Part shown: positions 18,917 to 30,900 of the stretch, piece by piece
Numbering within the stretch: the first letter of the stretch is position 1
Layout of the letters: each line of letters begins with the position of its first letter
IMG/VR virus record: IMGVR_UViG_3300023109_000014
Coordinates: 18,462-82,461 of that record
Source of the DNA: a virus
Strand: one strand, 5' to 3'
Length of the DNA stretch: 64,000 nt
Notes under the pieces: model-generated
Told to the model about the DNA's origin: nothing
What the model saw: only the letters and a program-made list of their open reading frames with translations
The model's database searches: none
Program-made: the position numbers and the translations under genes

Positions 18917-21900
18917 ATGGCGCAAGAAAATATTAGAGTAAGAGTTAAGGCGATTGGGTTAGATCAAGACATCGCCAACCAAGCAAAAATAGGCGAAAAG
19001 AAAATAAAACCTATTAAGCTTTCTTTGAATGAAAAAGGGCTTGTGCAACCTCTCGGTAGAATTACTGGGCAAATGGGAGAATTCGAGAAATCGATGGATG
19101 CTGCGGTTGCTCGTGTATTCGCTTTTGGAGCTGCTGTTTCTGTTATAAATGGAGTATCTAGCGCATTAAAAGCTATGGCGCAATCTGCAATGGAAGTTCA
19201 AAAAGCTTTGAAGGATATCAATGTTATTATGAATATGTCAGAATCTGCTTTGCAAAATTTTGGCGGAGCTTTATTTGATGTTGCTAGAGATACTGCTTCA
19301 TCATTTGATGATATTTCTGCAGCAGCAACTGAATTTGCCAGACAAGGCTTAAGCGCTGACGAAACACTGCAGAGAATTGCTGACGCTATGACCTTAACGA
19401 GATTGTCTGGCATGGACTCTGTAGAAGCTGTAAATGCTTTAACCGCTGCAATTAATGGTTTTAATGACGCAGCAATCAATTCCTCTGATATTGTGAATAG
19501 GCTAGCTAATGTTGATGCCGCATTCGCTGTATCTTCAAAAGATTTAGCTGATGGATTGGCGCGAGCAGGGGCAACTGCCCAAGCTGCAAAAGTAGAATTT
19601 AACGAGCTGCTTGCTGCAGTTACAAGCGTTCAACAGCAAACCGCTAGAGGTGGCGCAGTGATTGGAAACTCTTTTAAAAGTATATTTACTAGGCTTCAGA
19701 GATCGAGCGTAAAAGAAGCTATGGAGGCTATAGGTGTCGCGACCCAGGATGCTTCTGGTTCATTTAGGTCTGGAATGGCAATCTTGCAAGATTATGCTAG
19801 AGGTTATGATAATTTATCTGACTCGCAAAAAGCTGCCACTGACGAATTAGTTGCTGGGGTTTTTCAGGTTAATAATTTAAAAGCTTTGATTAAAGATTTA
19901 AATAGTGAGTTTAGTATATACGATCAAGCTTTAAAAACTGCAAACAGTAGTACAAACGAAGCCACTCAAAGAAATCAAGAATTGAACAAGACTATGTCGG
20001 CTTTGATGACTCAAACTGGTCTATCTATTAAAGAGCTTGCTGCAGGCCTTGGAGAAATGACCCTTGGGCCTGGGATCGAGAAAGTTCTCGAAACAGTAAA
20101 ATCTTTATCTGACGGTTTAAATAACTTAATAGGTGAAGATACTGGCTCAAGCATAGGTAAAACTCTTTTAAAAGGCATTGGTAGTTTTATTAGTGGTCCT
20201 GGGATGGTTTTAATTGGGGGTGCGTTTATTAAATTATTTGCGTTTGTCGCACAACAAGGTTCGAGTGCACTAAAATCAATCTTTTCCATCAATAGCGAAA
20301 CTAAAAGACAAGAAGGTTTGCAGGCAGCAATTCTGCAAATATTAATGAATGAAGAAAGTATTCGACAGAAAATCCTGGGTGGCGCCGCAAGTCAAGCGGC
20401 GAAAGAGCAAACGATTTTAAGCGTTTTAAAAAAGCAAACCATGGAAAGGCAGGCGCAAGATGCGCTTTTAAAAAAAATCGCTGCGTCGTCTACATTAGCA
20501 AATGTCGCAATAAGTAATCAAGGAACCATTGTTCCGCATGGTAGGGGTTCTAGAGCTGCCGCAGGCAGAAAAGATCTTGGAATGTCTAAGGGTTATGTTC
20601 CTCCAGCCACTAAAGATTCTAAATTTATTCCATCTTTCGAGGCTGAACAAAAAGATATAGAGAGAAGGGTTGGAGGCGCAACTAAATCAGCTTCTCCAGT
20701 TTTAATAAAAGGTTTTCAAAAAACTAAAACGCAAAAACAAGATGTCGTCGCTAATACGGACGAGGTTGTTGTTGAAAATTATATGGGTTCGGGCGCTTCC
20801 GCCATTTTAAACAAAAACATGGCTCAAAGGTTTAGTTTTGATAATGGGGTAGAGAAATATTACTCTGCTGCAGAATATGGTTCAAAAAATTTCTATTCGT
20901 CTGGCTATGTTCCTAATTTCAAAGCAACAAATAAGCAGGTAATTAAATTAAATGCAGCTGGACAAGGAATTATAACTGCAGAAGCTGGAAAGTCAGAAGT
21001 TGGTAAAAATCATACAGTTACTGCTTCTTCAGTTTTTGATGGCCCAGTTCCTCCAGCATTTAAAGGTTCAAAATTTGAAGCAAGAAATTTTACAGTTGGA
21101 AGATTAGAACAATCTAAAGGAGGCTTTCATAGTATTGTAGATAAGCATATGACTACTGCATTAAGAGACGTTGCCCAAGATGTTGTTCCAGGTGGAAAGG
21201 TTAAAGGTTCTGGACCCCTGAGTGATTATTTAGATAAATCTGCAGGACCTCAATTTACTGGAAGAATTTTTGAGGCAACCTTAAATTATATTAAAAATTC
21301 AGTAGTTAAAAATGATCCTGGAACAGCTGGCTGGGATTTTCCTGGAGGACAGTTTCAAAAAAATCTAACTACTGCATTTAATCTTGATTCAAGAAAAGGA
21401 AAAAATGTCGATGCAAAAGTGTCATCCAGCAAAAAAAACATAGGAAGCGGCATTAAGAAAATTATTGACTCTAGGGGTGGTTATAAAAATTTAAAGCAGT
21501 ACAAAGATTTTGAAAAACAAAATAAAACTAAAAAAGCTTCTGCAGTTGGAAAACCAAGAGCTTCAAAAGGAATGATTCCATCAAATACCGCAAGTGTTCC
21601 GAATTTTGTATCCACTTGGGGTAAACCAGAATTGCTTAAAAAGATTAGAGAAAAGAATTTATCAAGAGCTCAAAAAGATATTAAAGGTTTTGACGGCATG
21701 AAGGCAACTAATGAATGGAGCGGTCAATTACCTATTATACAAGTCGCCGATAAAAAAACTGGAACAACAACTAGATTTACTTATGGTAAGGGAGAGTATG
21801 ATAACGAAAATAAGACTGACATTTTATATTCAGAAAGAGCTAAAGGGGTAGACGTAAACGATCCTTCTATGAAAGGTGGAGCTAATAGAAATTTTGATAA

Positions 21901-24900
21901 AATCGCAGAGTTTACAGGAAAAAGAAGTTGGAAAAATAAAGAGATTCATAGCACCTTTGACCAAATTCGAGCTTCTTCAGGCAAGACTCCTTGGGAAACC
22001 ATAATCAATTCATTCCCGCAATTAAAACAAAGAGTTAAGCCAGGAATGTCAACCTCGGGAACTTTTCAAATTGGTACTGATGAAATCGAATATAGAAATA
22101 TTAAATCTTTAAAAACTAAAGTTAATAAATGGGTTAAAGAAAATGGTATAGAGTCATTTAATAATTGGTCAGAAGCAAATTTAGGCTTTAATACAAAAAA
22201 CTCAATTTTAAGCGGAACTGCATCTGGCGAATATTTTGCTATGGATGCATATACAAAAATATTAAAAAAAGGAGACAAGCATTTTAATCGAGATGAAAAA
22301 GCTGGCTTTTATTCTCAGGGAACTGTCCCTAATTTTATTATTGATAAGAATACTGAAAGATCTATATTGCTTAAACAATGGCAGGGAAAACTTGATCAAG
22401 CCAGAACTCTCGCTAAATCAGGAAAACCCAGAGCTCAAACAGACCCTCAAATTAGCCAACTGAATGGCGAAGCAAATGGAATATGGAGCCAGATTGTTAA
22501 AATGCAATCCCCTCAAAAGCCAAAAACCAAAAACGAAAAAAGCCACTCTGAAGGTTTGATCCCTAACTTCTCTAGTTATTTAGATGCTGGCAGCAATGTT
22601 GATAAAAGTTTTGGAGGAGGGATTGTTCCTAATTTTGTCAAGGTTGGCGAAACAAATCTAGAGAGAGACCGCCTTTTAAAGCAATGGCAAGGCAAACTTG
22701 CACAAGCAAAAACCTTATCTCAATCGGGTAAACCCAGAGCTCAAATAGATCCTCAAATTAGCCAGCTTAACGCAGAGGCAAATGGGGTATGGAGCCAAAT
22801 CCAAAGTTTAAAAACTTCAAAAAAAGAAAAAACAGGAAAATTAGGAAAAGGTTCTACGCTTAGAAGATCTGAGGGTCTTGTTCCCGCTTTGGCAAAAGGT
22901 GGAATACCAAACTTTAGCGAAGATAAGATGCGTGAAGAAACGTTAAGTAGGACAATATCGAAAATGTCTGAAGGTTTAGTTCCCAACTTTGCTCTCAAAA
23001 GAAATGCTGGACTAAGAAAGTTTTACGATTTTGACGAAACTTTAGGAACGTATTCTAAAAACGTTAAATCTAAGGATTTATTTCAAGCGGAGTCAGCAGG
23101 GCTTGCGAAACCAACCCCTCTCGCAAAAGAACTTGAGGGGCAAGCCGTAACTATTTTAACCGCAAGAGCAAAGCAGTCAACTCCATTTATTGAAGAAAAA
23201 TTAAAGAAGTGGGGTATTAATCCTGAAAAGATTATGACTACTGCGGATATGTTTAATAATCTTAAAATTGCTAATGACGGGTCTGGAAAAATTATTAAGG
23301 CTCAAGGAGGAAGAATCTCTGGTTATAGAAATTTAAAACCTGCCGAGAAAAAAGCTATTCTTCTTGAAAGAATATGGAAAAAACAAGGAGGTCAATACGA
23401 TTTAATTGATGATGCGATTGAAAACATCGAAGCAATTAAAAACTTAAGGAATGAAAATATAACTGGCACTCATTATCAATTTAGTGGTCAGCATTCTGGA
23501 AGAGGTAGTGGGAATGCCGAAGGTTTAGTTCCCAACTTTGTTCAATCAGAAAATACTCAAAAAGATCTTGTCCCCAATTTTGCTGCAAAAAGCATGCCTG
23601 TTCCTGGTTATTTAGAAAAAGTTTCCAGAGAAATTCAGTCTGCAGGGGGTAGTGCTCAAATTGTTGGTGGGGCTCCTAGAGATTTTTTAATGGGAAAATT
23701 TCCTAAAGATTGGGATGTAGAGGTTTTTGGTTTAGAACAAGAAAAGTTGCAAAAAATATTGTCTCCATCTTTAACTAAAGAAGGTTTAGTTGGTAAAGAT
23801 TTTGGAGTATTCAAAGCTAAAAGTGGAGGTCAAGATTTTGAGTTCTCGATGCCAAGAAGAGAAAAGAAAGTGGGTGTTGGGCATAGAGGTTTTGAGGTTG
23901 AAGTAGATCCTAACATGGGGCGTAAAGAAGCTGCACAAAGAAGAGATTTAACAATCAATTCTATTTCTTACGACCCCCTTACAAAGAAATTTATTGACCC
24001 CTTGGGGGGGAGGAAGGATTTACAAGACGGCATCATGAAGCCTACGTCTCCCAGATTTAAAGAAGACCCTTTGAGAGTGTTAAGATCTATGCAGATGGCT
24101 GGAAGGTTTAATCTTTCTGCAGATAAAGAATTGGTCAACTATTCTCGAGAAATGACTGGACAATTTAAAGACCTTCCGAAAGAAAGAGTGAGAGAAGAAT
24201 GGATGAAATGGGCATCTAAATCTACCAATCCAGAAAAAGGTTTACAATTTTTAAAAGAGTCTGGGTGGATAAAACATTTTCCTGAAATTGATCAATTGCA
24301 GGGAGTTCCCCAGTCTCCCAAGCATCACCCTGAAGGAGATGTGTTTAATCACACAAAGCTTGTGACGAATGCAATGGCGAATAATAAAAACTGGCAAATG
24401 CTTCCAGAGAAAGAGAGGGGTAAATTAATGTTTTCTGCTTTGACTCATGATTTTGGAAAAGTTACAAATACACAAATAAGTAAAGATGGCGCTATAACTT
24501 CTTATGGGCACGAGAAAGCTGGAGTAGCACCAATGAAAAGTTTCTTGGGTAGGATTATGTCTCAAGGAGAAGCGAGTAAATTATCTAAAGACTTAACGCC
24601 TTTTGTTGAAAGACATATGTTTCACTCAAATTTTCCTCAGAATTTGACGCAGAAATCTATTAATAGGTTGACTAAGGACGTAGGGGACCTAAGCAAGTTT
24701 CAAATATTGCTTGAATCTGACATGGGTAAAAATTTATCGGATGATGTAACTGCCAGAAAATTTACTCAGGTTGACGAAAAAAATATTAATAAGATGAGTT
24801 CAATCGCAAAAGAAAGTGGAATATATAAAGAGCCGCCTAAGCCGATTGTACAAGGTAGGGATTTGATGCAAGAAAAATTAATAGAACCTGGCCCTCAAAT

Positions 24901-27900
24901 GGGTTCTGTATTAAAACATCTAGAAGAAGCTCAAATAAGTGGAGAGTTTAAAACTAAAAAAGGGGGAATTGAATATTTTAAAAATAACAAAGAAGATATA
25001 TTAAAACGTATTAATAAATTTACCCCAAAAGGTAGAATGTTGAGAGGGAGAGCTAGCGGAGAAGTTCCAGAAAAAATAAATTATTCTCAAGGCTTGGTGC
25101 CTAATTTTGCTAGAATACCTTCTATGTTTAACGTTAAGCAAACTAAAACTGGCAAGGATTACGTAATGCAAAAAGATTTGGAACTTGCTAAGACGCAGTT
25201 TCCTGACGCAACTTTTAAACAATGGGGCAAGAATCCAAAGATGCATTTCATTTCTGGACATAAACCTCAAAATAAAATAACGAAGGACAAGGTATCCTTC
25301 GCGTCTAACGTAGACTTGCAGGAGTTCGGTAGCTTTGCCGCCCAAAAAGGATATCCAGAAGTAATGGGAGCGATTGTTAAGTCAACTCAAGTTAAACAGA
25401 ATTCTTCAGGTAATAGAAATTATGATCGATTGACATCTTGGAAAAACAAAAAAGAAGAAGTTCCTAATCAAATAAATATTAAAGATGCCCAATCTCTCTC
25501 TACTGAAGACTACAAATCTTTTCCAATGGGTAAAGCTGGAGCAGATTTAAAAAGATTATATAATCCTGACAGTTTTGATAATGTATCTAATACAATTTTT
25601 ACTTCTTCAGCACCTCAAAAAGCTCTTGCAAAATCCGCAGAGAAATTCACTACAAATAAGATAGAAAATTCTGAGGATATATTAAATTTTGTTAAGAAAT
25701 CTCGTGGGTCAGAATCAATTTCAACCGAACAAATAAATAAATTATATCAAGAGTTTGCTGAAATGAAAGGTCTTGCAGTTATGTCTGATGGACATGTGCC
25801 TAATTTTGCTTCTCCTGCTTTTAATAAATTCATAAAAGATAATATACATAATAAAAATTATAAAAATATTTCTGATAAAGTAACTAAATTGAATCTATCT
25901 GTTGGCAATGCGTATGGAGTTGGTGGTGATATTCCTCAAGATGTTAAAATTTTAAATCGTTTAACTTCTCAATTATCTAAAGTAACAAACCCGCTCATGG
26001 GTCCAACAGGCAAAGGTTCAAGGGATAGAGTATACGAATCAAAAGAATTTGCGCAGAAATTTAACAAAACTGAGTATGACAAAATCTCAAAAGAAATTAC
26101 AACATTGCAAAAAGAAAAGTTTCAATTAAGTCGCCCATCAAATCCAGACAAAAATCCAGACAGAGTTAAAAAAATTGAGTCTCAAATTTTAAAGAAAAAA
26201 GAGCAGGCAACTAATACGCAATTTTATAAAGCTAAATCTGAAGCGGTGAAGAAAGAAGATCAAGGAATAGAAAGGTTGTTTCAAGAAAAATTTACCGTCC
26301 AAAAAGATCAAATTGTTTCGCCTACAGGTAAAACTGTATCAACTAAAGATTTAAATTCTATTGAAGAAGAGTTTAATGAATATATGTTTGCCAAGCAACA
26401 AAAAAGAACTAATACAAACGAAGAATTAGTCTTGCCCAATTTTTCTGTTACTGCCCCAGAAACAGTCCCAAACTTTGTCAACGTAAAAGCAATGAGAGAG
26501 CTTGCAAAAAGAGGTGCAACTGAAGGAGAGAGAGCTGCCGCTCAAAACATGTTAGCAAAGCATGGGTTTAAGAGTAAAACAATCACATCTAGAAGTTGGC
26601 ACGATAAAATATTTTTAGAAAATTATATTAAAAATAACGGTCCTAAGTCTGACCTTGAGATGTTAATTAAGAAAGGTTATGCTGAGAAAGAATTAGTTTC
26701 CCTAAAAAAACAATATCAAAATGACCCTCAATCTGTTAAAATTGCAAATCACGGTATTGTTCCAAGCTTCTCAAAACAAAAAGACCGAATAAGTGAAGCG
26801 GATTACGAAACCCAATTGTATAAAGAAAACTTTAAAGACTCATCTCAAAAACAAAACGTCAACAATTTTAGCTTTGTCGATGACAGAACAACCTCTTCTT
26901 CAGGCTCTCAAAGTTTTGCAGAGGGTATGGTTTCTAAAGACGTAAGCTCTAGCAGTTCTTCTGTAGACTCCAAAAGTTTTGCAAGTGGAACTGTTTCCAA
27001 TATTTCTTCGCAAGAAACTGAAACTTTAGCAACTGGGTTTATTCCAAACTTTGGTATTCAATCTGACCGAATCAAGGAAGCGAGTCAAGCCTCTCAACTT
27101 TACGGACAAAATGTTGGGTATAAAGATACTCAAGTTAAAAAATTAGAAATTAACGGAAAGAAAGAGAGAGTTGTAGTAAACAATAAAGAAAAATTTTACT
27201 CTACTGGTTCAGAAGTTCAAAAAGCTTTTAGCCTCCCTTTTAAACCTAATGGAGGAATGGTTTTGCCTCCAAAAAATACTAAAGTCGGAAAAGAAAGAAG
27301 TAGAGAGTTTAGTAGTTTGGTTAATTCTTTTTCTAGCGGCGTAACTCCTACTGCCGATTCTTCTCCTCCTACTTTGGCTTATGGAGCTATGCCAAATTTC
27401 GCGGTATTCAGAAAATATTCTCCAAACACCTTAAGGAAATCCAAGATTAAGGATTATTCTAACGAAGAGTTTTCTTCGATAAGTAGAGCTTTATCGGAAT
27501 TTAACCTTATGTCTATGGGGTCTAGAGGAGGTTTGATGGGTCAAAAATTAAAGTCTGAGTCTCGAGCAGAAGGTTTATTTAAGACTAAGACGCAAGAGCA
27601 AAAAGATGATTTTAGACAATTTTTTAATTCAAGAGAGTTTAGAAGCTTAACAAAGAATGTTCAGGAAAAACTTAAAGTTGATTTTCCCGATTTATCCAGG
27701 GGTTACGGTTATAACGTTGACCCTTTTGCTGTGAGGCAACTCGAGAATGTAAGCGCTGGAACAGTTCCAAATTATGCAAATTTAAGTTTATATAGAGGGC
27801 AAAAAAAATCAACTATAGATAAACCCAGCGTTGGTAAAAATATGCCAAGCTTTGGCGGCGCACAAACTCCTCGAGACATTATTAATATAATTCAAAATTT

Positions 27901-30900
27901 TGTTAAGTCTCACGTCAGCGGCCCTCTCTCTGGAAGAAGAGATATTGGAGAGTTAGATAATGTTGCTCCGTCTGGCGCTACCTCATTTAGCACTTCAGAA
28001 ACTGTCGCTAAGAAATTTGCTGGAGGAGGTTTAAATAAGCCTGCAAAAGATAATATACTTTCCACTCAGGTTCCAGAAAAAAATGTATTTAATAAAAAGA
28101 AAATTCTTAAATTATTAAATCGAGGAGCTAATCCAAAAAAAGGCCAATACCCAGAAGTAGAAAAATTTAAAAAAGCGATGGCTTCTGGACAAATTCAAAA
28201 ATGGGCAGAGCAAGCTGGGGGACTTTTCTTGAATGTTTCTGGCAGAAGAAATGATAAGTCTCTTCAGAAATTTAATAAAACGGAATACGGTCGAAAAGAG
28301 TATGATTTTTATGATAGACCTATGAGTTCAATTGTGCCTGAGTCTGATATTGGTTGGAATCCTAGTGGAACTAAACAAATCAGTCCCCACGAGAATGAGG
28401 TTATGCAAATTTTTGACGAAGGAATTGTACCTAATTTTTCTGGAGCAGCTGGTTCTGCAGGCAGGCAAAAAAATAAAGCCTATCAGGACGACCCCGACAA
28501 TATTATAGATTTAAGGCCGTTTACTACATTTGATTATTCTTTATTATTTCCCCAAAGAGGTGCTGGAAAATCTAAAGATGAAACATTAAGAGGGAGTGGG
28601 CCATATGCAAAAAAATATCAAAGTCAATTTCTTGTTGGTTGGAATGCAAAAGGAATAAATCCAAAAATCCCTAAAGAAGCTGATAAGATCGCAAAAATAG
28701 GAGACGCTGTAGAAAGAGATGTTAAAACTATAGTTAAAGCTCATTCTGAAAATTTCGTTAGAGCTTTTGGCGAAGAAAAGATTAGAATACAGGATTCGTC
28801 TGCAATTGATGGAGTTGTTCAAAAACATTTTAACGAAGGAACTTTAACGGCGATGGCTGGGAACGCTTTTGAGGCCGCTGCAAATACAGCTTTTAGCAAC
28901 GTACCTGTAAACGCGGGAGGAGGAGATTTTGATGTTAGAGGCCCAACCGATCAGTTAAGGAGGTTTTTTAATTGGCCTTCTGCTCACGGATCCGTAGGAG
29001 ATTTTAAGGCCAACTCTCAGTCGGGAGATATTAAAGCTAGCATGGCGGACAAGATATTAAAGGAGCTTGATTATAGAGGTTTATTATCTGGACAAGTTGC
29101 AAAAGAAAAAGCTGACTTTGATCAGTATGATAAAGATAAGGCGGCAAAAAACAAAGCAGCTACCATCTCTCGATTTAAAAATGTTCCTGGGTCAAATTCT
29201 TTAAGAGGAGGGATTACCCAAAAAGCTCCAAAAGGTTCAGCACCTTCGGAATCAAACCAGCAACATTCTAAAATCGTCGGCTCTAGTCGATCGGGTCAGG
29301 AACAAGAGGATTTCTACTTTTCTCAAGATAAAAACTTATCTCTCGGTTGGGTTCCAAACTTTAAAATAAATCAAAATCTTGCGGGAGATTCTGTTCCAAG
29401 TTTTATTGATAAACCTAAGGAGCAGTTAAATAATTCGCTAAAAGTTAAAAGCGAAAAAGTTGACTTGCAAAAATCCCTTAAAGCAAAAAAAGGTACTTCT
29501 GTAGATTCTCAGAACGAGCTCAGAAGTCAAAATGTATCTAACGCTTCGGCGAAAAAGTTTGAGTCAATCATTAATAATCGATTTATTGATTCGCAGGAAA
29601 ACAAAAAGTTTTCTTCTAGCTCTTTCGCAGATTCCGCTCAGTCTAAAAGTTTACAATTTTCTCGATCATCCAGCAACCTTTCTTCAGATTTTCTTAATAC
29701 TCGATCTGAAAATAAAGTTTCGAAAGACGCTTCTGTGGATTCGCAAACTTACTCGCAGGGCATGGTGTCGAAAGACGCTTCTGTGGATTCGCAAACTTAC
29801 TCGCAGGGCATGGTGTCGAAAGATAACCAAGTGCCTTCTAAATCTTTAGAAGCCTCTAAATTTGATTTGACTACCATACATAGGCTGAGAGATAAATTTT
29901 TGTCAAGAGAGGAAGCTGTACAGAAAAATATTTCGCCTAGTGAGCGTAAGCTTGCGTTGCCTAAAGGTAAAAAGCAAGAAGGCAACTCTGAGTTAATCAA
30001 TTCAATTTATTCTCACGGCAAAGATTTCTCTGCGGATAGGTTATCTAATGGTTACATTCCTAACTTTGCAATTAATGCAAATAATTATTCAAAGACTAAT
30101 GATGCTTTAGGTTCCGCAATTAAAAGAGAAAATCAGGCGGGAATTCCAATGAATAAAATTAGAGTGGGTCAAAGCAATCGATTGAAAAATGAAAAAAATC
30201 CTGGAGGAGTTGGAGTGTTTAATACAATTGATGAACCAAGAGGTTTAAATCAAGGTATTAGTAGGTCTATATCTCAAGGAATCAATCCTCATAAACATGG
30301 CCTTGTTTCTTCTGGTTATGTCCCCCAACAAACAATTAACGTTCCTAATTTTGTTGGAAGGTTTATTCCTAAAATGTTTAAAGGCGGAAGTAAGGGGGGT
30401 AAAGGTGTTGACGCTCCAATTCCAACTTCGGGTGGAGGTGGAGGCGGAATGTTAGGGGGTGGCGGAGGCTTAATGAATACTATATTTATGGGGCAAATGA
30501 TGTTTGGAGGCATAGAAGGTAAAACTGGTACTGCAGGAGGATATGCGGCAGATGCTACTGGAGACGCTTTGCAGATTGCAGGAATAACATCAATGATCAC
30601 AGATAAAAAGAAGTGGGTTGCTTTAGCTGCAACAGTTGGAGCTTTGAATGGAATGCTTGACCAATATTCAAAAAGCTTAAAAATGCAGGGAGAGCAAATC
30701 CAGAAGAATATTCAAATTAATGGAAAAGCTATTGAGAGCGCAACTCAAGTTGTTTCTGCCCAAACAAGACTTAATTCTGCAATAGAATCTGGCAACACAG
30801 ACAATATATCTAAAGCTATTGAATCCCTCCAAAAAGAAATAGAAAGGTTTCCAACAAATGGAAGCGACGCTATAATTAAACTTCGCAGCGACCTTGTTGG

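Noticed and set aside
21608-22324. GNAT acetyltransferase call for this cassette
   Set aside because: Only a vague MKGGANRNF resemblance to the acetyl-CoA loop; left unassigned.
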